A stretch of 64,000 bases of DNA. Source: Mytilus trossulus. Taxonomy: Eukaryota. Of the stretch, positions 13,094 through 24,200 are shown one piece after another (within the stretch, counting starts at the first letter, position 1; each line of letters begins with the position of its first letter). The notes beneath the pieces were generated by a model that was given only the letters and a program-made list of their open reading frames with translations, had not been told where the DNA came from and made no database searches. Location of the stretch: NCBI RefSeq assembly GCF_036588685.1, contig NC_086381.1, positions 60,636,001-60,700,000 of the forward strand, given 5' to 3'. A program made the position numbers and the translations under genes.

Positions 13094-13513
13094 TGTCAAG
13101 TAACCAACGAGTCAAATGTGTCTTTCATATGGAACGCCACAACTGTCTTATGTAGTACTTTTACATAACGTCATGTGGTTTTATTATGACTTGATTAGAT
13201 TTGGTCTTTACACATAAATACGATTTTGACATTACTAAATGATGTTTTGATATGACGCATTAAATCAATATATTATATTCATTACTTAATGACATTTTGA
13301 TATTACATAATTATATGACTTGAAATGGTTTGTCATTATCTTCATATGATATGATTTCAAAAATATATAATGGTGCTGTGTCATAAATCAATGTGGTTTT
13401 GATATTTCTTGTTGTGCGTGTTGTGTGGGTTGTTTTGTTGTTTCGCAATGATTATTTGTCAATTCTTTATACTTTAATATATACATGGCTGTAACATTCT
13501 TTATGAAGTTTCG

Positions 13514-13771
13514 ACATTTGACGATTTTTTACAAAACATTATGTGTTCGTTCCAGTATGTGGTATTATTATGGCTTGATGTTATTAAGTCTTTTCATAAT
13601 ATTGTTTTGACATTACTTGTGGTGTTTGAAATCCGATTAACAATGCTTTTCTTTTCAAAAGGATGTCACGAGGGTTAACATCATCAGGTATTGTGATAAA
13701 ATCACAAAATGACAAAACGACATCAAATACTGGAACGAACACATAATGTTTTGTAAAAAATCGTCAAATGT
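13514..13771. repeat. Perfect 45-bp inverted repeat (13514-13558 / 13727-13771)
   Basis: acatttgacgattttttacaaaacattatgtgttcgttccagtat and its exact reverse complement, with a 168-nt spacer. Confidence 0.95.
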
Positions 13772-16049
13772 TGTAGATAAATAAAAAAAACACACATTTT
13801 ATTGATTGTAGGGTAATTAGATTGATATGTACATGGTTCTGCATTCTATCAGGTTTTCTCATGGTCTTAATAAATATACAGTCCAAAATAAAACTCATGA
13901 ACTCATCTTAGAATAGTTTTTAGATAACCTTACTAACAATATATACATGCTTAATCGTGCAATAGTTTTTTAAGTGTGCTTTTGAACGTTCCATTGTATG
14001 CCACTGTTAATACACAACGTGTGTAGAAAAAAAAAGTACACGCTCATATCATGTCATATGGTAAAGTATCTGTTCTGTTCTGTTCTTTTATTCTTGGGTG
14101 CGGATCTGCTAATGGTTTGTGTACAACTTAATCATATTTATGTACATCGTGATACATTGTTTAAGCATCCTTTTGTATTTGAAGACTGCATTTTTAAATG
14201 TTAATGTCTATTGGTTTTGTCGTTGGATTGTTTCATCGATGTGCATACCGATGCCCGCTTTATAATATATTTCTATTTAAATGTATCGTTTAGTTTCAGT
14301 GAACCATCAACTAGTCATAATAGATCTATTAAAAATGCAAAAGGGAAATGGTCAAATAGTTATATCATATGTTATGATAAATGATACATTTGTATTTGCT
14401 AACTTGAAATGGGTGAAGTGTTAACAATCAATAACAAATACAAAACGAACGGACTCATATGACAAAACATAATTTATTTTGGGGTATATGATAGATTATA
14501 ATACTTACTTGCTTTATGATTTATGAATCCCAAAATTACGTACATTTCAAAACGCATCGCAACTATTTGATAATAAGCTGTGTGCTTCTTAGTTCCGTTT
14601 TCTTAAATTATACCATACATATATATGCATGTTTTGATTGTCACTCCACAAGAACAAAGTTTTTAGATACACATATTGATGAATATTTAAAACATATTTT
14701 TTATATGTCTTTAGTGTTCCTGTATTTATTGATACTAGTGTATTCTTGTCACGTTATGTTGTCATTTAAGCGGAATTGTTTATATTGCCATATAAGCGGG
14801 ATTTGGCAAGTCACACCATTTTGTTCTTTAAAATATACTGTACCGTAGTCAGGAATATGGCAGTTGTTATCACATAGTCCTGTTTTATATGTTAGCGGTT
14901 TTTTTGTTGTTGTTTTTGTTTAGTATTTCTCGTGTTCCGTGGTTTCCCTAGGTTTTAGTTTGTGACGCGGAGTTATTAACTCTTTATCGATTTTTGACTC
15001 TTGAACAGCGGTATACTGCTATTGCCTTTATATATTAGCATAACATTGTAAACTCAATTTGGAACTGAGAAAGACATTTTAAAATATTTTGTAAAGAAAC
15101 TTTCATTTCAAGAGTTGTATAATAAAGAACAGGCAATGTTTATGCTATATCACAAGGAAATAAAGTATGGTCCAACATTAAAAGCCTAAGCCTAGAGGAT
15201 TACTATTTACTGTTATTAAATGAGTGTGTTAACATGTATGTATAACATTATATTGTATACTTATTATGATCTTTGTTACAAACTTATTGTTTTGAGTTTA
15301 TATGAAAAATTGCATCTGAATTTGAAATTGATAAAAATAAATATAATTTAAAAAGGCCCTTTGGTAAAAGTAGCAACAGTAGGAGTTTCAAATGTGTGAT
15401 TGACTTATTTTATTAAAATTTGTCTCGACTCAAGTCTTCGACTACTTTTTGCGCAATGGATTTACTTTTATATCACACTTACATGTTATCTAGAATTCAT
15501 TTGTATGGGTGTTGTGCAAGGTTTTGGTGAATTAATAAGTCTACTCATCTATAAAGCGTTTGTATTAGATGGTTCAATCAATGTATGTGACGCAAATGTG
15601 AAATAATCTGTTTAGCTAAATGAAATCCTGTCTAATAATGGCAGTTTACAATTTAGATAAGTTTTGAATAAGTGTTCAACATGTTCAAAGGGGTCCTCAA
15701 CGGGATGTGGTATGATTGCAACTTAGGACAACCTTCCAACAGTATCCAAATGACGTAGGTGTCAGCTACGTTAGTAAATAGAAACAACAAAATCACCAGC
15801 TTGACAAGATTTACAGATAAGGCAGCCTAATAGAAAAATGTTCTTTGACAAAAGCAATTGAACTGACTAGAAGTTTGTGTGTTGCATTTCCAGCTCAAAT
15901 AATGTTTGCCAATCAAACTACACTGCATAGTCATACATATTGACAACTATTGACAACTAGTATACAGTAATACTTTAAGAAACTTTTGGTTCTGTGGATA
16001 AAATAAACCTGTGGATAAAATAAAAGGTTGTCCTGGTTTCTGATTATAA

Positions 16050-16212
16050 TGCCTGAATGGGCACAAATATGATACATATGTCTGAATGGGCACAAAACTG
16101 ATTCATATGGCTGAATTGACCCAATCTGATTCATATGCCTGATTGAGACAAAATCTGATTCTTATGGCTGTATGGGCACAAATCTAAAGTCCATGACTGA
16201 ATGGTCACCATG
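16050..16212. repeat. Minisatellite, about 29-bp unit, about 5.5 copies
   Basis: Consensus approximately tg(c/g)ctgaatgggcacaaatctgattcata, head-to-tail with no spacers. Confidence 0.85.
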
Positions 16213-16448
16213 TCTCACTTGTTTTGAATTTTCTTCAAAATTCGTTATTTTTTGTGACTTTTTTTCTAATTTTCCACTCTTTTCCCTTTTTTTTCTAACA
16301 AAATGTTTAGTTTTGTAATCAAGCAAGTGTTTATGTTTTGTGTTAGACATGTGACAATATTTCCATAGAGGCACAAATCCTTAATCAAATAGCAGAAAAT
16401 AATGTTTCGGTTCCTCTACATCCTTGGCTTTCGAATATTCGACTTTAG

Positions 16449-16493
16449 GCGTTCCTGATGAAGAAGGTAAATCCAGAAATGTGATTTGGACGC
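16449..16493 (+). ncRNA. Degenerate type I hammerhead ribozyme relic
   Basis: GCGUUC-CUGAUGA-(stem II)-GAAA-(decayed stem III)-GGACGC; stem I pairs 6 bp. Confidence 0.5.
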
Positions 16494-17234
16494 ATTAAAC
16501 TTATAAAGTGTAGTTTTCATTTTATATCAGTTTCGAATTTTCATCTTTTATACTAACTAGTGTATATATCAAAATTGCTCATCCATTATTTAGTGTTCAA
16601 CAAACATTTGAAGGGCAGTCGAATATTACGTCTCTACAACTCGTAAAAGGAAACACCCACAGATAGGTTATTTCCCAAACCTTCTAACCAATATTTTCGC
16701 CTTCACGATTACCTTACTATTTTACTGCTCATGATCGACATTGCCTTTAAACTTAATTCGATTAAAATAGTTTTCTCAGTGCAAAGTCATTGGTTTGCTG
16801 AGTTAAACTCCCAATAAAGATTATAATAAAAAATAAAAAATAATTAAATAGCTAGAGCATAATGTATAAATACGACAATGAGAATGTTGAAACCATTTGT
16901 AACAAGCGGTTTAGCATGAGTTTTTGTTATAAAATTGACTTGCAATTGCAAAAGTGTAAAGTATGCAGATATTTCATTAATCTCAAACTAAATTCCATCA
17001 AATTTTAAGGTAACAAAAAGACATAAGAAAAGCAAAACAACACATTGTGAGTAGTTCATCCACATCCTGGCAGGTCGTTCCCAAGTAGTTGCGGATACAT
17101 ATTAGTGGAACAAAAGAACAAATTGACGAATAGAGAGAAGAACAGAAGAACGAACAGACTAGCCGATTGTCCAACTGCCATACACCATCCGCTTTAGAGA
17201 GCAGGTGGTCAAGTGTCGTCTTCACTGATTTACT

Positions 17235-17424
17235 GAGGGGGATAGGAGGTGTCCTGGTCCCGAAATCCCGAACTTAAAAAAACGAAATCCCGAGGTCCCG
17301 AATTTAAATAAAGTAAATCCCGACGTCCCGAAATCCGAAAAAAGGATTCCCGGATCCCGAAAGGGTCAATCCCGAGCTTAAAACACCCGATCCCGGAGTC
17401 CCGATAAAGGTCCTATCCCCTCTC
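17235..17424. mobile_element. MITE with internal TCCCG repeats (similar architecture at 57674-57888 and about 63709-63905)
   Basis: TIR gagggggatagga / tcctatcccctctc; direct flanks tttact (6 bp); CpGs intact, so probably young. Confidence 0.8.
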
Positions 17425-17675
17425 TTTACTGAAGTTCATCCAAATATGTCGGTAGATTATTTTAACAACAAACATTATGATTGTTTCAATTTCTATCTGC
17501 ATATAGAACTCTATCGTAAAACTAATTCTTCAATTGTTTGGTTATTACAAAAAACCATTATCGTCTGACTTTTCAAAAGTTCTATACAAAACATAGAATA
17601 TTAAACCCATTTTTTTTTAATTTTACATTAAACCTGATATATACACTAGACATAAAGTATAAATTGTCAACCAGA

Positions 17676-18201
17676 TCACGTTAGAACTGTTCCTATGTCA
17701 GAAAAAATGGTATCTGGTACTAGTCCCTTATAGAATTCCTCACATTTCGTTAAAACATCGTACAAAGCCATCAGTTGTGTATTAGCCTTAACTAGTCTTG
17801 TCTCTTTCCATAGATCATATATGTCACCTTGCAAACAAGGATCTTGCCGAACTTTCCCGATCATTCGCAAACACAGGGGGGAACACGATTTATCTTGTCC
17901 ACAGTTTCGGATTACAGTATCTACTAAGGTGCGGTTTGTTGTTGCTAAATTGGAAATAAAACTCCGAAAATGACATCCAAAGACAGGAGCATCGATCATG
18001 ATTTCGCAAAGAGGAACAGACCTATAATTCTGACAATGATGTGAAGGCCAGCTTTGTTTGGGGTAGTACAAAAGTAAACCTTTACACATTTCTCCGCGCC
18101 ATGACACATCCCACTCTACGGTGTCATTTTCGGAGGTAGAATTGTATTCACAGGTCATCTTCAGCATGTCTCCTGGCAATAACTGTATTGGTTGTTTATA
18201 C
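17676..18201 (-). CDS. Monooxygenase exon 8 (YKQPIQLLPGD...GEMC...Cys-rich tail)
   Basis: Acceptor ttttccag|g; CuM Met at 18087-89; TGA at 17676-78. Confidence 0.9.
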
Positions 18202-21200
18202 CTGGAAAAAAGTCAAAGATGAAAATTAGAAATAAAACTTCAAACAGTTTGCGCTTTTCATTTGCTTATCTTCATCAGGACTGCTCAAACACAAACATTT
18301 TAAAAACAAGAAATGTTTCTGTAAGGAGCTATAATAACAAAACGGACTTTAAATGAATAGCCTGATCAATTTTGCGTGTAGGAGCCTAAATTATAGTTTC
18401 TCAGTTATCATTTTTTTCCGTATCAGATTCATCAACTATTGTATTTCATACAAGTATATCATTCTTACAAGGATTATTTAACGAAAATACCATGCCCTTT
18501 TGAGAGGTAATCAAATTTCCTGAGCCGTTAGGCAAGGTAAATTTATTAAGCTAGAAACCGATATTTTCGCAAATACCCCTTGTAAGCATGATGTAATAGT
18601 TTAATTCCGCCGAATGATCCTTGTGTCCATCTAAACGAAAAGTCTAGAAGTCATTAAATTGATTGATTGTTGGTTGATTAACGTCCAGTTGCAAATATTT
18701 CATGCATATTCAGGATGATAAAAGTCATTGGAAGTCGTATAATGTCTAGACATGTTATTTCCTATCTGCCGTGGTATTTATTTTGCTAGCGAACATACCG
18801 TCACATGGAATCCCTAATGACACTTACACAGCGGGAGAGCAATATATAGAAAATTTGTGAAAATACCCTTTCTTTCATAAAAGTACAGCATTATTAAAAA
18901 AATGTACATAATTTGGAATTATTCCGCAAATCAGCGAATCTGTCAAACCCTATATGAATATTTATGAAAATCAAGAGACGACATCTCTATTCTAGAGAGT
19001 CCTATTCTTGATATTTTTAAATGCATCTATTGAAAAACCAAGCATTCAAACCTATCACATGTATACTGTTGAAAATACTCCACTTTTGATTTTCTTATTG
19101 CAAACACCATGGATTAAATATCAATCGTATGGTATATAATTGTCAACAAATATCAAGATATATATATGTAATAAACGGTCGACATAATACAGACACAGTT
19201 GTACAAAAGATATCCAAGAACAAATTGCTTACCAAAAGTAATGTGGATGAACAACTTTATAATTAGTATCATTTGTGACAATTTGTTGCAGTTTACCACC
19301 TCTGTGGATCTCTATTTTTTGTTTTCGACCTTAAAAAAAAAATAAAAGTAATATACGTTAATATTTCATAATCCACGAAAACGTATAACGGAAATATACT
19401 AATATACTATAACAGTAGATATAAACACTTCTTTAAGAAGACAGTCATGCGCAAAGGGTCAGTTTCTTTTGAATGGGCTAGTTAGCAATGTAACAGCCGG
19501 TAAAATGAAACGTCATAGAATCCTGCCATTTGTTTGTTTGTTTATTTGCTTTTCTTTCTTACGGTCACTTAATTGTTAAGTGGAAGAGCAGTAAAGCGAT
19601 GTTTAATCTGGTACTGATTGTTCGGGTGATTTTTTAAATCGTTTACACCTAATATAACTTTAATGCATACATGTAATATCACAAGTGGAAGTTTATACAG
19701 GTTTGCTTAATTCCTTTCCGAAATACAAATTGAAAGGTTTTTTTGTTTGTTTTTTTTTATTCTACTTTTATCGTCTTTTTTTTTATTCGAAAGTATCATT
19801 CCATGCAGACTCCGATTTGTCTTCAAATGTTTTCTTATGTGTGCATCACGACTGATGCCACACGTGAAGGGGATCTTATTACCCTTCTGGAGCACAATTC
19901 TATTTAAAGACTCATAGATTAGACCGTTGGTTTTCCCGTTTGAATGGTTTTACACTAGTAATTTTGGGGCCCTTTATAGCTTGTTGTTCGGTGTGAGCCA
20001 AGGCTCCGTGTTGAAGGCCGTACTTTAACCTATAATGGTTTACTTTTTAAATTGTTACTTGGATGGAGAGTTGTCTCATTGGCACTCACACCACATCTTC
20101 CTATATCTATCATATATAGATAGTCATAATATATAGATAAAGATAAAAAGATGTGGTATCATATGAGTGCCAATGAGAACTCTCCATCCAAGTCACAATA
20201 TATAAAAGTAAACAATTATAAGTCAAGGTACGATGTTCAACACGGAGCCTTAACTCACATCGAACAGCATGCTGTAAATAGCCTCAACAATAACTAGTGG
20301 AAACCAAACGGTCTAACATATATAAACAGATAACAACCACTAAACATCAGATTCCTGACTTAAGACAGGTGCAATCAATTGCAGCGGGATTAAACGTTTT
20401 AATAGTACCCAATCTTCTCCCTTTTCTGAAACAATAGTAAAACATCACAAGATGTATTTGGTTTTCAAACATAACTGCTAAGTCAATTCTTAAGATTTGT
20501 AATACAAACTTACCTAGCCTGTGCATATGATTCATACCAAGTACAATGTAGATTGGAGATGCCACCTGTAATACAGTACAATCTCCTGGACATGCGCTCA
20601 CAACTTCAAAAGATTCTCTTCCGGGTGGCACTGAAAAATGTGTTACTTCCAAAGGTGAAACTCCCGCATCAAACCTCCTGAGTTTTGGTGTGTAATATAA
20701 AGTCATCCCGGAACTGTCGGTGTATCCTTGACGGCGGGTAGGATTATAATACTGAAACTGCAGATATGATAACATGACATGAAAATATCTTTTAAAATTG
20801 AAATTGAGTATATTAAGACTTAAAAGAAGTTATTTTGCAGTTTGATTGATGAAAATAAAATTAATTATACAAAACTGTTCCCTTATATCATGATGAAAAA
20901 AATCACTAGCAAGTGCATTGATTGTTGTGCTATTTTATTTGTCGTCACAGCTGACATGTTCTAATTATCTTTCCCACTTTTGATAGTTCAATTAGGAACC
21001 CTTGTAACAACACTCTTTTAGTGGTCTGTATAGGTAGCCCGTTGCAAGGCTAAATTTCTGACAAGATCCAAAATACCCTCATTTTCCTCAAATTTCCACG
21101 ACCTTCATCCGGATGATCTTTATTACAGGGCATACATATTGTATTTATTATTTTATGGTAATCAAAGGTACCAGGATTATAATTTAGTACACCAGACGCG

Positions 21201-24200
21201 CGTTTCGTCTACATTTAAGACTCATTAGTGATCGACGCTCATATCAAAATATTTATAACGCCAAAAAAGTACAAAGTTGAAGAGCATTGAGGATCCAAAA
21301 TTCCAAAAAGTTGTGCCAAATACATCTAAGGAAAGCTATGCCTGGGATAAACAAAATCTTAGTTTATCGAAAAATTTAAACTTTTATAAACAAGAAATTT
21401 ATAAAAAAAAAAAATGACCACATTATTGATATTCATGTCAACATCGAAGAATCTGTTCTCATTTTGAAAGTATATGAAATGTTTGCCACTGGACATTAAG
21501 CAAATATATTTATAATGTATACATACAGCTACCATAACTTGTCTAAATCCTTTAATACCAATCCTGACTCCAGCTTCAGCAGGCATACACGTCTGGGGAA
21601 CGCCTGCTGTGTATCCTGTAATGATTTCTTGGCATGGAGTTGTGGGTATACCATTGCATAGATATGCTCTGTCTGTTCTATTGAATTGCCTTCTAGGATC
21701 TAAAACAATAAACGAACATTGATTATCATTCTTTTGATTTCGTTATGATGGATTATACCCTGAACATTGTAGGTTTTACTGTGAAGATGAAAGCACATTT
21801 CAGCGGCAAATATCACGCTTTACGGACGCCATTATTATGTGGTTAACCGTAAATGCGACATTATTTGAGGTTTAAAGACACTTACTAGGTTTCTAATGGC
21901 CCCAATCAATCAACAAAAGCTAGCAATATCTTCCAATCAGATAGTAAGAAAGCATTAAGACCGCATACTGTCAATATCTTGTTTATCGGCGATGAGTTCT
22001 TTGTATCTTTATTTCGTTGTGTTGGTTTTTTTCTCGTCTTTTGGTTACCTTTCTTTTGTCATCCAATCATAAACAAAATGCTTACTGCAGTATGAGCTTT
22101 GATTTAAAGGTCCTTGGTTAACAAGAAGTGAAACAATTTAAAAGAAGTGAAACAACTTAAAACGGAACACATTAATGGCATGCTTCTCCTGATTTCAGAC
22201 TTGCACATACAAAATGTGGTTGAATTGAATTGATTACTGTCAATCCACGTCTAAACATCAATTGAATCTATCTATATTCTTATAACAACGATTATAAAAA
22301 AAACTTGTTTTATTTTCAAATGACGCATATGTAATTGGCGATGGTATATTATATAGATTTGATATACGATTTTTTGTTGAGTCAATCAGTATGACCATTA
22401 CTTAATAACATACATTTGTAGTAGCCATTCATTACGAAACGTGCATATCAAACAGTATGAACATTTTACATTAATTATTATTGATTAAAAGAAACCAATA
22501 TGCAAAGGAAATGCCAAACAAGGACAAGATATATATGGTAAATGGTAGATAATCCAAAGTAAATTATTTACGTCCGATACCTAAGTTAAACTTAAGTCTA
22601 ATTTGTCACAAATATGTGTTATGTTGATGGTTGCATCTCACGAAGACGAAAATGTAACTAAACTGAATAGAGAATCTCTACGATCTTTCATCAATACAAA
22701 ATTCCATATTGACAAATACATACATCAGAGGTATACAAAATAAAACAACAACTTACAAGGTTCCTAACTTGTAATGGGCATTGTGTGAAGATTGAGATGG
22801 AATGGCGGACCAGTTTAGATACGCCCGTCGCATTTTCCATGAATACATTCTCTATGTCATACCAGAAATTTGTTGTTTTTTTTAAATCTAAAGGGAGCTG
22901 TTTTTAATAGATGAAATCAACTCATTAAAGTTTCATGAAAATATGTTTAAGTGTGTTTGAGTTATTGTTGACAGTTCGACATGTTGATGACGGACGGACG
23001 AACGGTGGACAAACTACGGTATTCCATGACACACCCCCTAAACGGGCGAATAAAACAACACAACATCATTGAACACTGAATATCAACAGTGTACCACCAT
23101 ACATATGCTCAATTACAGTATTTTGGTATAATTATTCTTACCACAACCGAATACAGTAATTCCATGTAATATCTGAGAGTTGTCTTTAATTGGCAAGGCA
23201 GCAATCACGTGATATTCTGCGTCACTTGGAAGACTGAATAACGAACACACGTAGGATACTCTCCTTGCAGGTACATAAGACAACGGTAGTCGTAGAGTTA
23301 CATTTTTAACATCTATAAAATAAATCATACACATTAGCAAGTATACACTGAAGTAGTTGGCAAGGTCAAAACTGAAAACATTGGCATAGTAATAATAATC
23401 ATCACAAAACAATACTTTATAAAAGAGGGACGAAAGATACCAGAGGGACATTCAAACTCATAATTCGGAAAATAAACTGACAACACCATGGTTAAAATTA
23501 AAAAGACAAACTGATAAACAATAGTACACATGGCACAACATATAAAACTTAAGAATAAGGAACAAGAACCCCACCAAAAACTAGGGGTGATATGTCATGC
23601 GTCTGAAGCGCCCTTTGGATCTGTGCAGAAACGCCAATTTGAAAGCCACGTATGAATAAAAAACGCAACAATGGAAGATATAATTTATGACGAAAAAAAC
23701 AAGAGTCTAAAACTAATAGGCCGACTGAGTTAAAACCTTAGTTACTTTTTGAAATAATTAATAAACTTATAAACTAGAAAAAAAGAAACGTTTGTTAATT
23801 ATATAGATCATTCCAGTAATGAGGTATTGACTACTGAGCTGATGACTGGTAATTCACCAACAGAGAAATCGACCCAGTGTTGTAAAATAGGAAACAACAC
23901 TTTATAAAGTCTATGCTTCCGAAGCGTCTTTCTAGAGATCTACCATCACTATAGGAACGTAGAGACTCAAACATTTAAAAGCCAATGGTGCACACAACAA
24001 CCGAAACAGTCGAAGAGCTTTTATTAATAAAGAACTTCACTAATTATAGCCTTCTAAGTTCAACCATGCCTATTTCATATAAATCATATCAGTGTTGAAC
24101 TATTCACTACTGAGCTGATGATAACATCGGGGACTGATAGTCCACCAGCAGCGTTATCGACCCAGTGCTGTAAAACAAATTGGGAGCATTCCCGTTTCTA

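Noticed and set aside
16050-16212. Regular ~29-bp repeats as a CRISPR array
   Set aside because: Units are contiguous with no unique spacers, there are no cas genes, and the context is eukaryotic; it is a minisatellite.
16998-17225. ORF or hydrophobic peptide downstream of the monooxygenase stop as an extra TM/GPI exon
   Set aside because: No convincing donor in exon 8 or acceptor here; upstream stops and a MITE interrupt it; more likely 3' UTR.
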